The notes: generated by a model from the letters alone, not told the origin. Positions 26,447 to 38,249 are shown, counted from the stretch's first letter. The stretch is 64,000 bases of DNA from Nitrospirales bacterium (GCA_965203295.1 CBDBCZ010000017.1:192001-256000), one strand, 5' to 3'. Numbers and translations: made by a program.

Positions 26447-29400
26447 ATGTTGGCTCTCCGTGAGGTAGTAGCGACCCCCCGGGCTGTAAGAATGTGCGGG
26501 ATTAGCGCGCCCCAGAGGCGGTTCACCCGCAAGTCTAGTCCGCATGCAAGCCGTTGGTACAACAAGCAGCCTGCAAGGATCTCTAAGAGCATGCGCTCAG
26601 GTCAGTCAGTGACTGCATACTGGTACTGATTCTCAAAAATTAGAATGTGTTCAACAGACACCCTGCATGGGATATTCAAACTTGCAATTCATTAAGAATT
26701 TTAAAGGGAATTAATCTTTAGTTGGATTGATTCAGAAAATTAAATAGTTACAGGGAGTATAATCTTAGAGTACTCAGGCCACACCAAGTTCATTTCATGC
26801 ATGTTCCATGGACAAGCGAGAGCAAAAATTATGACCTGGCAGGTTAAAATATTGTGAATCCCATTTCAAAGTTGTGGGTGTGGCTGCAAAAACTGGTGGA
26901 GCTAATCTTGATCGTGCCCGCTCCGTCTGAAATCCAAGCAGTGCAGGCAGATGAAATGAGGGTACTATCACATGCATATGAAACTTATAATCATTTTGGT
27001 GTGGCCTTAGTACATAACTTTAATTTGGAAGTATCCCTTTTGTATTTCGAAACTGAAAACCCACCTAAGAGAGTAACCACCAAGCAGTGGTAATAATTAT
27101 ACTTTGATCATGGCCACAGTTAATATAAATATGATGGTCAGTTTCTTTTCTTACAGTGATAGCTAATACACCTTCTACAACAACATCAACATCTGCTACT
27201 GACATCCCCATCAAGTACATCAACGCTACTGGCTCTACGGATTTTTCAGTGTGTGTTTTCACCAAGAACTTCAATGTCAATACTCCTCGGGTTTACTTTG
27301 CAGCCTGGCAAATCATTCGCGTCCAATCCTCCTCCCTCTTCACATACCCTATATCAACTTCTGTCGGAACAAGTTATCGCCTTGGTTGTCAGTACAACAC
27401 GATGGGTCCCTTTGGTGCTGTGCGGGGTTCAACCTGGGAGATTAACCAGGATAACAAAGCAAACCCTCCTATTTTATATCCAGGTTTGTACACGGCGTAT
27501 GTAGCAGCTATAGTCAGTTTCCCCGGGTAAATCTATGCGCTTGACCTCCCTAAATCTCTAACTTGTCGTCTACTACAATTTGAAAACAACATCCATGTAA
27601 CTGTCGGGGGCAACCACCCCCAATATTAGGTAAAGGTCAGTTTGGGTGAGGGAAGTTTAAAGTCCGAGGCGAAGCCGAGGATTATAATCGCTCACCCAAA
27701 CTGACCTTTAACTGATTTAACATACGTTGGTATAGCAATGATCCCTGTATGTGGCCTCATTTGAGTGCTATAAGCGTGGGAAAAGTGGTTGCTTGTACAC
27801 TAAAGTACATAAATTTAATGCTACGAGATTCTGAGTCTTATGGTTTGTCACTGCATGTGCTCAGTAGATACAAAGCTAAGCTGTAGAGTTTGCTCAAAGA
27901 TGTTCAATTCACTGCTTGACAGTGGTTCAGCTTCTGTTCGATGTGTCCGTGATCCTGAGCTAGCTACTTCCTTGGCTTTTGCTTGAGCTTTAATTCTCAT
28001 CATGGGGGATGACACCATGATCACTGCGGGGATGACACCATCACTACATGATGGTGGGTGCAGTCTTATTTTCGCTACCCTCAAGGTGGAAATGGAATCT
28101 TTTAGCTGGCTCTATGAGATCCGGATTGAGGTCTAGCTACTTGTACATAGCCTCGTACCCAGCCGTCCCAGCTCTATTTATCTCCACATATTATGCAGAA
28201 GACTCAGAAGAGTAATTGGGCGAGCGTGAGCGAGCCCCACACTAGTGTGTTCAATTGCAAGTTTGTCTGTGCGTACGGTGTACGTACGTCCGTACCTACG
28301 CACATACCGCATATTGTTTCGCGCTTCAATATAACGTTTCAAATAGTATCCGTAATATTCCAAATTGTTCACGTGGCCGCGGTGGCTGCAGTGCAGCTAG
28401 CTTAGGGATGCTCTCACAGAGTAGACGGCAGCGGCGAAGGCTACAGCGTTGCCGCATATATCCCCAGGTTGGCGATAAGTCACATTGGAACAGCAGAGAG
28501 CGAGTTCTAGAGCCAGAAGAGTTGTCACTTCTCCAGGCCACCGACAGTGACACTGAGACGAGAGAAAGAGCCAAAAGAGCTACTGAGGGCGCGTCGCCGC
28601 TAACGTACGCATGGGCTAATACCTCGCTCACGCTCGCCCCACAATGCTTTGCATTCACCTAGTTTAGTAAAGACTCAGACCCATTTGTGGACTTAGCTGA
28701 TTAGCAGTTGTTTTAACTAATAGTTTATATTTACAAATTATATTTCCTGGAGTTGTAAACCCCCTGCATTAGGCCACTTCAAATTAATCTTTAGTTTCTG
28801 GTCCACCCCTATCTTCCTACAGGATGCGGGCGGGAGGTTGATAAGGACTATAGGACTTCCATACATTCACTGGCTTCCCCTACGTTGTACGCATTTTTAC
28901 GCTGTTAAAAATATGAATTTTTGCTGTAGTGCACGAATAAACAGTGCAGAAATACTAAAATTAAGGTGAATGCGGGTACAAAAATAGGATGCGGGCGGTG
29001 GACCAGAAACTAATCAATTTGGAGTGGCCTTAGATTGGACTCAGCCTAAGATAATCAGTAATAGACTACATTAGATTCATAATATAATTCATATTTTTTT
29101 GCATTAAACTGGATCTTGCACAGTAATAGAATAAAGACGATAATTAGTGTTCCATGCATAGCCACCTACGACATAGTGTGGTTGTACCTTTCCTGTAGTT
29201 ATATGTATTCCCTAGGAATACTTACTTAACCAACCCTCAGCTGGAGACCCACTGTGGGACTGAGTAGATATGTGTGGTAGTGCCTTTCATCCACCCATGC
29301 ATCCTCCCCACATACCGTAGAGTACGTATCAAGCGCCCACCATGTATTAAGCGCCCACCCCCCTCTTTAGCACTCGAACGCGCTGCAAACGCATGATGCA

Positions 29401-30177
29401 AAGTGAGGAAACAAGGTAAGTAGAGCCTTCTTAACCGACTATTAATTAAAGCATATGTATTAGAATAGCTATAAAAGCATGCAGATAACTGCAAAATATA
29501 CGAAGTAGCCAGCTGACTTACCGTCGGTATTCCAATTAAAGCACACTAAACATCGAATATTACTGCTTGATTTCACTTACTGCGCTTTAGTTATAAGTTT
29601 AGCTCACCTTGATGGTATGATATTATGGTAGAAAATATATTATGGTGAAGATTTCTCACTTCCAGGGTGGTGGGCGGATACTACATGCCGTTTGCGGACG
29701 AATACGTAGTAAGCGCCCACCCCCCTCTTCCGCTGCATTCTAAGGTTCCCCGCCCATGGGTGCTTGATACGTACTCTACGGTAGTAGCATCAGCACATTG
29801 AAGTGAGGTCACGGTTTTCCTTTGCAGTGACTGCTCTTCCCAATCCCAATGATACTATCGTGGTGAAGAACGTACCTCCTCGGGGTGGCACATGGACGGG
29901 TCGAAAATATGATATCTCCCTCTACAAGAGTGGTAAACTGTTGGTGACCCAGAAAGATGTGCACGTTGGCAGCCAAGCTGACATAGAGCTGCAGCCAAAA
30001 GTGTTCTTTGGAGTTGTTCACAACCTACGCATAGGAGACATATTTACATCTCTCAACATAACCGAAGCGCTTACAGAGTTTGATCTCAGCCGGTTTCCTG
30101 GCGGCCTCATGGTGACTCTTACCCAGGAGCCAGTTGGAGGGCAGTATACATTTACTGGAGGACATTTATCATCTTGA
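26447..30177 (+). CDS. RhiA/'LigA'-like beta-rich protein, paralog A, with N-terminal mitochondrial presequence (~276 aa)
   Basis: Exons 26447-26600 (GCCGCCATG Kozak; MLALREVVATPRAVRMCG...SKSMRS), 27157-27483 and 29828-30177; both introns are GT-AG phase 1 and join in frame. Gene structure is firm; family identity is inference. Confidence 0.85.
27631..27710. mobile_element. Short hairpin element with CCGAGGCGAAGCCGAG centre
   Basis: taaaggtcagtttgggtgag ... ctcacccaaactgaccttta inverted arms. Confidence 0.65.
28214..28645. mobile_element. Non-autonomous element with inverted GGGCGAGCGTGAGCGAG ends (possibly Helentron-like)
   Basis: attgggcgagcgtgagcgag ... ctcgctcacgctcgcccc; the class assignment is tentative. 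Confidence 0.55.
29315..29781. mobile_element. Tc1/mariner-type MITE, same family as 14588-15084
   Basis: TA|CCGTAGAGTACGTATCAAGC ... GCTTGATACGTACTCTACGG|TA; the interior matches the 14.6-kb copy in reverse orientation. Confidence 0.85.
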
Positions 30178-30473
30178 AAGCTATAGTGACTGTAGACATG
30201 AATACATTTAAAACTAGCAGACAGTTATAAAACCTAGCTATAGCTAGGCATGCATGATTGACTGATTCTGTTGTGTGTGATTGTGGATTGAAGTCACTTA
30301 TTACTACTAGTTTCATAATTGTTGTCCAGATCGCAGGTGCAAGCTACAAGGAGGTTCACCTCTGTTTATTATGCTATTGGTTGTTCCTGGTATATCATAA
30401 TTGTGTCCATATGTTTAGGTGATTGGTTGATTATGATCCATGTGTTTCTAGTCTGAGACTCCACACTGTGATC

Positions 30474-30738
30474 TGTAATAGACGGCGTATCTGCGCAGCG
30501 GCCCCAATCCCGACAGCATTCTCTGTGGCAACTGAGCGAGTAGGATTCTTAGACTCCTCTTCATACATCCATGGGCAGCTTATATACACACAGAAAAATA
30601 GACACATACACAGCCGCAGGCAGCAATTATGGACAACGTACATGTGGATTACACTCAAACATAACTTTGACATGTAGGCAAATTGTATATGACAGCCACA
30701 TTGTCCAGTTCAGGACAGCTGAAATTAGGTCCATTACA
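30474..30738 (-). repeat. 3' LTR
   Basis: Direct repeat of 37985-38249. Confidence 0.97.
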
Positions 30739-33700
30739 TCTCCCTGGGCCGCAGTACGGACGTCCTCGGACGAAGTCGGCTGGCCCAATCTCCTGACTTA
30801 GCCACTTCTGGTAGAGTTGCTTGCTCAGGTCCACGACCAGTTGCCTTGGGCTGCTTCTTTTTGGCTCTGGGCTTCCGCTTCCGCTTAGTACGGCCTAACC
30901 AGGACTGGTTGGGGATCTCCTCTGCACACTTCCGAATCCTATCCAGTGACACAAAGATAGGGGCCTCCTCAGGCTTGTCTACTGGGCGAATACTTGCATT
31001 GGTGGGTGTCAGCTCTAAGATCCGGTAGGGCCCATGAAGTGGTCGGGCAAATTTCCGAGTTTTTCCCTGTATGGCACTTGGCTGGTAAAGAAACACTCTA
31101 TCCCCGACATGATATTTTGGGGGTACGGCATGACGGTCGTACTGGTGTTTTTGTCTCTTCTGGGCCTTTCGGACGTTCTGTCGGGCCAGTTCCCAGGCGT
31201 CAGACAAATGTGCCACCAGGTCTGTCTTGTAGTCCTCCAGGTCTACTTGATAACAGCTACGGGGGTGACTTAATGCAGCTTCAGTGGGCAACCTGGCATC
31301 ACGCCCATACAGCAGGTGAAAAGGTGACTCACGAGTTGATTCCTGCAGGGAGGTCCTGTAGGCAAATAGAACAAATGGCAATCTGTGATCCCAGTCCCTT
31401 CCATCCTTCTCCACTGTCTTTGCTAACATCGAGGTCAAGGTTCTATTAAAACGCTCAACAAGACCATCCGTTTGGGGATGATAAGAGGAAGTGTTGAGTT
31501 TCTTCGTTCCCATCAGTTTGTAGGTCTCTGTCATCAGCTCAGACAGGAAGTTTGTGCCTCTATCGGATAGTAGTTGGGCTGGGACTCCATGTCGAGCGAT
31601 TATTTCTCTGACGAAAAGGTTGGCAATGGTCTCTGCGGTCTGGTCAGGTGTTGCGAATACTTCAGGCCACTTGGTGAGATAGTCTACAAATACCACAGCA
31701 TACTGGTTGCCATCAAAAGTGCGAGGTAGCTGCAGGACATCGACCCCAACACAGTCAAAGGGGCCCGTAACAGGGATCGGGCAGAGTGGTACTTTGGTGG
31801 GGTGTCCTGTCTGACGCGTTGCACATACCAGGCATGCTTTGCACCATCTCCGGACATCAGAATGCATTCCTGGCCACCAGTAGTGTTTGCACAGTTGACT
31901 GTGTATTTTTGCTTCTCGTAGGTGTCCCGAAAATACTCCTTCATGAGCCTCTTCAAATAATTTGTAGCGGAGTACATTTGGAACTGCCAGCATTAGACGG
32001 CCATCAGACTGAACACGGTAGAGGACACCATCCAAGAGGGAAAATACCTGTGAGGTCAAGACTAGTCTCTTTGCTGCTTTGGTTTCTGAGGGTAGAGTTC
32101 CATCTTCCAAATATGCAAGGGTAGGGTGCAGTTCACTATCAGCTCTTTGTAGTTTCTGCCACTCTTCAGTCGGTGGGTCTGGTTCCTCATTCACTGCTTC
32201 AACTCTAGCCACCAGGGGGTTTGGCATTTCTTGGTTAGGCTCTGTGATTGGCTGATCCAGGAGTAGTGGTAATCGGGAAAGAACATCTGCGTTTGTGTGC
32301 AGTTTCCCTGGTCTGTACTGGATATCCAGATCAAGTTCTTGTAACGCCAGGCCCCAGCGGGCCAGTTTTCCAGAAGGATGTGGAGTATTCAACAGGGATT
32401 TCAGTGCACAGTGGTCGGTGAGCACCGTGCAGTGGTGACCATAGAGGTACACATGAAAGTGTTTGGTTGCCCATACCACCGCCAAAGCTTCTAATTCACT
32501 GATGCCGTAGTTTTGTTCGTGCTTTTGTAGTCCTCTGCTTGCATAAGCAATTGGGCGTATGGAATTATCATCCTGATGCTGCGACAAGACTGCTCCCAGT
32601 CCAGATCCAGATGCATCCGTCTCGAGGGTGAATGGTTTCTGGAAATTAGGGAATGCAAGGACAGGTGTGGATGTCAACAGCATCTTCAGTTTCTCAAACG
32701 ACTCTTGACAAGATTCTGACCAAACAAATGGTGCATCTTTGCGAGTGAGACAGTAGAGGGGACTGGCAACTTTGGATAGATTCGGAATAAAGCGACGATA
32801 ATAGGATGCTAGTCCCAAAAATCGTTGGAGTGTCTTCACATTTGTAGGAATAGGGTAGTTCCTTACTTTCTCCACTTTCTCCGTGTCCACTTCAATTCCT
32901 TGCTCTGATACTACATGTCCAAGATACAAGGCTTTCCGTCGAGCAAAGGTACACTTCTTGGGTTTAAGGCGTAGTCCGGCTTCTCGAAGCCGATCAAACA
33001 CAAGTTGGAGATTCTCCAAATGCTCGTTCCAAGTACGAGAGATGACTAGGATATCATCCAGGTATACGAAGCACTGGTTGCGGGTGAGGCCTGTGAGAAC
33101 AACTTCCATGAGGCGCTGGAAAGTTGCCGGAGCATTACAAAGGCCAAAGGGCATAACCTTAAACTCATACAGTCCCGCATGCGTAACAAAGGCAGTTTTC
33201 TCTCTTGCAGCAGGATCCATCGAGACTTGCCAATAGCCAGAGGCTAGGTCAAGTGTTGTGAAGAATCGGGCTCCAGACAGGACATCAAGTGTTTCATCAA
33301 TTCTAGGTAGTGGATACACATCCAGCTTGGTGATCCGGTTAAGGCGACGATAGTCCACGCAAAATCTCATCGAGCCATCCTTCTTCTTTACCAAAACTAT
33401 TGGGCTAGCCCACGGGCTAGATGTTGGCTGAATGACATCTAGATCGAGCATATCATTGATCATCTCCTCCACTTGGCTTCGTAAGGCAAAAGGAATTCGA
33501 CGAGGAGGTTGATGAATGGGTAAGTTCTCACCAGTGTCAATGGAATGGGAGATGACATTAGTGAGTCCCAATTCTGTGCTGTCAACAGCAAAGACATCAG
33601 CATTTTTTGCCAGGAAGGTTTCCAGAGCTTCTCTCTCTGGCTGTTCCACCTCTGCCTGGTCCAAGTACAGCATAGCTTTCAGGTGAGTCCATCTCCCATT

Positions 33701-36700
33701 GTCCGTCCCATCTGGTTCTCCACCCCTTTCTGAGCTGGTCTCAATGTCAGTCTCTTCAGTTGCTTTCCGGTCTGTATTATCATTGATGTCAATGATTACT
33801 TCTTTGGGCACTTCACTTCTGTCATTAATTGTCTCGCTGTCTGGTGCTTCCTCCATTCCAGAGGCATTGTCTGTCGGGCTGAGCACATCAGCAGGTTGTA
33901 TCCAACCAAGGAGTTGCCCTCTTCTCAGCCGAGTCGGTGAGCTGGAGGAGTTGCGTACTGGTAACAAGAAACATCGTTCTTCTGGTATGACAACTGCATC
34001 TGCAACCTCCAGGGCACAATGGTGTAGCCTTGTTCTGGGTTCAAATATCCAATCAAAAGACGACTCAGATAGGCTCAGTTGCATCTTGGCTTTCACCAGC
34101 TTCCCACACCGTCCGGGTAGTTTACAAGCTCGAATCAGACGTACTGGCACCCGTTTCTGATTAAGTGGCTTCTGTTCTGTTTGCGTAGAAGGAGCACTGT
34201 TTCTATAGCCAGCAGGGTATATATATCTCCCATTTCCAAGTTTGATGCAAGGAGATAGAGGCTTTGGATCTGGTAAGGTGCTCACAGTCTTGTCCTGTGG
34301 TAGCTCGCATGTAGTGAATGTCACTCGTTGCTGCTCAGATGGATCCGACGTAGCTGTGGTTGTTTGTTGAGGGTCAGAAACAGCATCCGTCCCTTGGAGA
34401 AATTCAGGCACAGCCGTTGTATTTTGACGAACGGGTTGCTTTTCAACGGTGACTTGGGCAGGTTTATCAATTGAAACAAGTTGTTCTTCAATTGGGACAA
34501 GTCTTTCGATGGGTTGCTCTCCAATGAGAACAGGTTGCTCTTCAACTGGAGTAGGTTGCTGCTCTTCAATGGCAGCAAGTTGCTGTTTAGCTGGTTGCTC
34601 TTCGACTGGAGTAAGTTGCTGCTCTTTATGTGGCCCAAATTGTTCTTCAGCTGGTTGCTCTTTGACTGGAGTAAGTTGTTGCTCTTTACGTTGGCCCAAT
34701 TGTTCTTCAGCTGGTTGCTCTTTGACTGGATGCAGCAGAGATTGGCCCTTTGCATCTAGGACTTTGATCCCTAAGAAAGACATTAGATCAGTTCCCAGGA
34801 GCATGTCCACAGGAGTGTCTTTCTGGACCAAAACAACAGTGTTCACTGTACGGTGTGGGGTAGCCACTTGCACTGCAATCTCTGCTCCAATACTGAGCTC
34901 TGCTCCACAGTATGCTCTTAACATTAGACTGGGTTGCTGCACCCGTTGAGTGGCTCTCTCTTTCCAGTTCTCTGGGAATAATTCTCGTTCCTTGTCCAGA
35001 ACTTTCCGACAAATCTCTCTAGAGATAATAGTGGTAGGACATCCAGTGTCAACTAGGGCTTGTAGAGGAATTCCATCCACCATTAAGGGAATGTTCACCG
35101 TGGGCCCCAGACGTGGAGTGCAGTCATGGGTCGAGCTCCCCGGTAGAATTCCATACATTTGGTAGACCCACTTTAAGGATTCCCCTTCCTCCTGGGGTGG
35201 GTATTCACCCTCGACTGGTACAACAGCAGCTGTTCGAGTTTCAGTGCTTCTGGTACTTGATTTGGGGTCATTCCGGCTAGGATAGCGGGCTGGGGCTTCT
35301 GCCTGTCTGATGAAATGACAATCTTTTGCCAGATGTCCCATTCTGTTGCAATTGTAGCATTTGACGTACTGCAGGCTTCTCCTTTGCACCTTACCAGATT
35401 CTCTAGTTGAGCCTGACTGTGGTTGCTCACCATGTGGTCGCTCATCCTGTCGGGGAAGATTATCCCGATGAGGTCGTTGTCTCCACGACGGGGTAGACAT
35501 CTTTGGATCAGTCCTGGCTAGGTCCTGTAGTCGAGCCTCTTCAAAACGGGCTTTCTGCCATAGCTCTGAAAAAGTGGCTCCCTCAATGTAGGCTATTTTT
35601 CGCTTCAGCTCTGGGAGTAGACCACCAATGAATTGATTGCTCAGTACTGCTCGGCCCATAGCTCTGGCATCCTCACTTCCTTGTAGGGCATTAGGGTATG
35701 CTTTCTGGAAGAGACGTTGTAAGTCTTGTGCATAGGCGTCCACCAGCTCTCCTGTTTTCTGTTTCCTCTCACGGAATATGCTGCTCTCCAGTGCCTGGAT
35801 CCGCACAGGGGTGAAACGCTTCTTCAACTCTTGAGTCAGTGTCTGGTAGTCTCTCTTTGTTTCCTCTAGACAGGCACGGTAGAATGCTCGAGCTGAACCA
35901 CGCAGTCTCAGGACCATTTGCCTCAACTTGACCCCTTCACTCCATTGGGCTAGCTCGGCCACCATTTCAAATTGTTCCGCCCAGTCTAGGAATGATCCAC
36001 TGTCTCGTGCTGAGTCATCCCCAGAGAACATTGCCAGGGGAGGTAGCTGTTGCATCGAGGTTCCCAGTGCCTGGGGTAACTCCCAGTTTTGATTCGGCCG
36101 GTCAAACCGCTCCCTTCTCAGTAGGTCAGGCGTACTCAAGGATAATGGGGTAGTCCTTGGCAGGGGCACCGTAGTACTTGGAATAGCCACTGGCGGGGAC
36201 ACTGCTGCAGTCATCGACTGATGCATCTGGTCGTAGTACTGCTCCAGTCCTCTCCATGGTTGTTGACCAGATGCCATCCGTGGGTATGGCTCCTGCCCCC
36301 TTTGTGGTTGATAATGCATCCGGTAGGGCACAGCTGCTCCAGGAACTCCGGCAGACACACGGGGAGGTAGCTCCAGTCCTCTAGATCTCGGAAGACCATC
36401 AGGCATCTGGTGTGGCACTGCCGCTCCAGGAACTCCGGCAGACACACGGGGAGGTATCTCCAGTCCTCTAGATCTCGGAAGACCATCAGGCATCTGGTGT
36501 GGCACTGTCGCTCCAGGAACTCCGGCAGACACACGGGGAGGTAGCTCCAGTCCTCTAGATCTCGGAAGACCATCAGGCATCTGGTGTGGCACTGCCGCTC
36601 CAGGAACTCCGGCAGACACACGGGGAGGTAGCTCCAGTCCTCTAGATCTCGGAAGACCATCAGGCATCTGGTGTGGCACTGCCGCTCCAGGAACTCCGGC

Positions 36701-37936
36701 AGACACACGGGGAGGTAGCTCCAGTCCTCTAGATCTCGGAAGACCATCAGGCATCTGGTGTGGCACTGCCGCTCCAGGAACTCCGGCAGACACACGGGGA
36801 GGTAGCTCCAGTCCTCTCAGGGGACCATCAAGCGTCTGGTGTGGCACTGCTGCCCCAGGAACTCCGGCAGACACATGGGGAGGTAGCTCCAGTCCTCTCA
36901 GGGGACCATCAAGCGTCTGGTGTGGCACTGCTGCCCCAGGAACTCCGGCAGACACATGGGGAGGTAGCTCCAGTCCTCTCAGGGGACCATCAAGCGTCTG
37001 GTGTGGCACTGCTGCCCCAGGAACTCCGGCAGACACACGGGGAGGTAGCTCCAGTCCTCTAGATCTCGGAAGACCATCAGGCATCTGGTGTGGCAGCTCC
37101 ACACCCCGTTGTGGTTGGTCAACCATCTGTGGGTACTGCTCCAGCCGTGTTGACGTCTGCCAGGGGATCAGAGGGGGTGGAGACTTCCTCCCCTCTCGGT
37201 AGGCCGATGTCTCCCTGGGCCGCAGATGCTGTCCATCCCCCGAGGCTTCCTCTGGTTGTCTCTCCAGGTACAGTCCAGAAAGAGACTTTCTCAGGCCCAT
37301 TCCTCCATGGGGTTTTGGCTCAGTCTCCCAGGTCTTCTCCGGTAGTTCGCTTAGAGGCTCTTGCAGCCGTCGTTCAGAGGTCCCTATTTGGGCCTGCAAT
37401 TTCTGCTCTCCAGCTTCCCATTCGGCTTGCTGTATAGACATCGCTCGAACTCGCTCCGTTTCTGCTCGCGCGAGTAATTCCGCTAGTCGTTCGGCCTCCC
37501 TCTCTGCTACCTTTGCCCTCTCTTTGGTAATCTCTGTCTCCACTGCTAACTGTTTAAGTTGCAACTCGACCGCTCTCTCTCTCTCCCTTGTTCTCTCGGT
37601 TTCTGCTGCCATTTGTTCAGTTTGCGTCTCGGCCACTCTCGCTCTCTCCCTCGCAGTCTCGGCTTCCTGTGCAAACTGTCCGGCCTGCGCCTCAACCTCT
37701 CTCGTTCTCTCGTCTGCTTTCCTTGCTTCTTCTGCAAACTGTTTGGCCTGCGCCTCGGCCACACTCGCTCTCTCCTGCAGCTGTTCGAGCTGCTTTGCCC
37801 GCTCTCTCCCGGGCGCCCGTGCTCGCTCGGGCGGAACCGTGCGTAAAGACTCGTACTCTTGAAGTAGCTCTTCAAGCCGTTGGTTCTCGTTCCGCAGGGA
37901 GTCCACCTGCGCCTTCAGTTGTAGTTTTGTAGCCAT
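30734..37936 (-). CDS. Gag-Pol polyprotein, 2400 aa
   Basis: Coiled-coil N-terminus; Gag with zinc knuckle CYNCNRMGHLAKDC; protease LVDTG; RT (DYRRLN, YLDD); RNase H (ETDASG); integrase HHCC + DDE + GPY. The order PR-RT-RH-IN is gypsy-type. Confidence 0.98.
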   Translation of the reverse strand: MATKLQLKAQVDSLRNENQRLEELLQEYESLRTVPPERARAPGRERAKQLEQLQERASVAEAQAKQFAEEARKADERTREVEAQAGQFAQEAETARERARVAETQTEQMAAETERTRERERAVELQLKQLAVETEITKERAKVAEREAERLAELLARAETERVRAMSIQQAEWEAGEQKLQAQIGTSERRLQEPLSELPEKTWETEPKPHGGMGLRKSLSGLYLERQPEEASGDGQHLRPRETSAYREGRKSPPPLIPWQTSTRLEQYPQMVDQPQRGVELPHQMPDGLPRSRGLELPPRVSAGVPGAAVPHQTLDGPLRGLELPPHVSAGVPGAAVPHQTLDGPLRGLELPPHVSAGVPGAAVPHQTLDGPLRGLELPPRVSAGVPGAAVPHQMPDGLPRSRGLELPPRVSAGVPGAAVPHQMPDGLPRSRGLELPPRVSAGVPGAAVPHQMPDGLPRSRGLELPPRVSAGVPGATVPHQMPDGLPRSRGLEIPPRVSAGVPGAAVPHQMPDGLPRSRGLELPPRVSAGVPGAAVPYRMHYQPQRGQEPYPRMASGQQPWRGLEQYYDQMHQSMTAAVSPPVAIPSTTVPLPRTTPLSLSTPDLLRRERFDRPNQNWELPQALGTSMQQLPPLAMFSGDDSARDSGSFLDWAEQFEMVAELAQWSEGVKLRQMVLRLRGSARAFYRACLEETKRDYQTLTQELKKRFTPVRIQALESSIFRERKQKTGELVDAYAQDLQRLFQKAYPNALQGSEDARAMGRAVLSNQFIGGLLPELKRKIAYIEGATFSELWQKARFEEARLQDLARTDPKMSTPSWRQRPHRDNLPRQDERPHGEQPQSGSTRESGKVQRRSLQYVKCYNCNRMGHLAKDCHFIRQAEAPARYPSRNDPKSSTRSTETRTAAVVPVEGEYPPQEEGESLKWVYQMYGILPGSSTHDCTPRLGPTVNIPLMVDGIPLQALVDTGCPTTIISREICRKVLDKERELFPENWKERATQRVQQPSLMLRAYCGAELSIGAEIAVQVATPHRTVNTVVLVQKDTPVDMLLGTDLMSFLGIKVLDAKGQSLLHPVKEQPAEEQLGQRKEQQLTPVKEQPAEEQFGPHKEQQLTPVEEQPAKQQLAAIEEQQPTPVEEQPVLIGEQPIERLVPIEEQLVSIDKPAQVTVEKQPVRQNTTAVPEFLQGTDAVSDPQQTTTATSDPSEQQRVTFTTCELPQDKTVSTLPDPKPLSPCIKLGNGRYIYPAGYRNSAPSTQTEQKPLNQKRVPVRLIRACKLPGRCGKLVKAKMQLSLSESSFDWIFEPRTRLHHCALEVADAVVIPEERCFLLPVRNSSSSPTRLRRGQLLGWIQPADVLSPTDNASGMEEAPDSETINDRSEVPKEVIIDINDNTDRKATEETDIETSSERGGEPDGTDNGRWTHLKAMLYLDQAEVEQPEREALETFLAKNADVFAVDSTELGLTNVISHSIDTGENLPIHQPPRRIPFALRSQVEEMINDMLDLDVIQPTSSPWASPIVLVKKKDGSMRFCVDYRRLNRITKLDVYPLPRIDETLDVLSGARFFTTLDLASGYWQVSMDPAAREKTAFVTHAGLYEFKVMPFGLCNAPATFQRLMEVVLTGLTRNQCFVYLDDILVISRTWNEHLENLQLVFDRLREAGLRLKPKKCTFARRKALYLGHVVSEQGIEVDTEKVEKVRNYPIPTNVKTLQRFLGLASYYRRFIPNLSKVASPLYCLTRKDAPFVWSESCQESFEKLKMLLTSTPVLAFPNFQKPFTLETDASGSGLGAVLSQHQDDNSIRPIAYASRGLQKHEQNYGISELEALAVVWATKHFHVYLYGHHCTVLTDHCALKSLLNTPHPSGKLARWGLALQELDLDIQYRPGKLHTNADVLSRLPLLLDQPITEPNQEMPNPLVARVEAVNEEPDPPTEEWQKLQRADSELHPTLAYLEDGTLPSETKAAKRLVLTSQVFSLLDGVLYRVQSDGRLMLAVPNVLRYKLFEEAHEGVFSGHLREAKIHSQLCKHYWWPGMHSDVRRWCKACLVCATRQTGHPTKVPLCPIPVTGPFDCVGVDVLQLPRTFDGNQYAVVFVDYLTKWPEVFATPDQTAETIANLFVREIIARHGVPAQLLSDRGTNFLSELMTETYKLMGTKKLNTSSYHPQTDGLVERFNRTLTSMLAKTVEKDGRDWDHRLPFVLFAYRTSLQESTRESPFHLLYGRDARLPTEAALSHPRSCYQVDLEDYKTDLVAHLSDAWELARQNVRKAQKRQKHQYDRHAVPPKYHVGDRVFLYQPSAIQGKTRKFARPLHGPYRILELTPTNASIRPVDKPEEAPIFVSLDRIRKCAEEIPNQSWLGRTKRKRKPRAKKKQPKATGRGPEQATLPEVAKSGDWASRLRPRTSVLRPREM

Positions 37937-37964
37937 CAGTGCTACCGGTCTCTAGTCCGCAAAT

Positions 37965-37981
37965 TCCCGGACTGGCCCCCA
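37965..37981 (-). other. Primer-binding site, tRNA-Pro-like
   Basis: Minus strand TGGGGGCCAGTCCGGGA, 3 nt inside the 5' LTR; resembles the classic tRNA-Pro PBS TGGGGGCTCGTCCGGGA. Confidence 0.75.
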
Positions 37982-37984
37982 ATA

Positions 37985-38249
37985 TGTAATAGACGGCGTA
38001 TCTGCGCAGCGGCCCCAATCCCGACAGCATTCTCTGTGGCAACTGAGCGAGTAGGATTCTTAGACTCCTCTTCATACATCCATGGGCAGCTTATATACAC
38101 ACAGAAAAATAGACACATACACAGCCGCAGGCAGCAATTATGGACAACGTACATGTGGATTACACTCAAACATAACTTTGACATGTAGGCAAATTGTATA
38201 TGACAGCCACATTGTCCAGTTCAGGACAGCTGAAATTAGGTCCATTACA
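37985..38249 (-). repeat. 5' LTR
   Basis: Direct repeat of 30474-30738. Confidence 0.97.

Larger units (their letters stand above)
30474..38249 (-). mobile_element. Full-length Ty3/gypsy LTR retrotransposon
   Basis: Two 265-bp LTRs (30474-30738, 37985-38249) with TGTAAT...ATTACA ends and no differences found by eye; GATC TSD at 30470-73 and 38250-53; PBS; one intact ORF. Confidence 0.98.
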
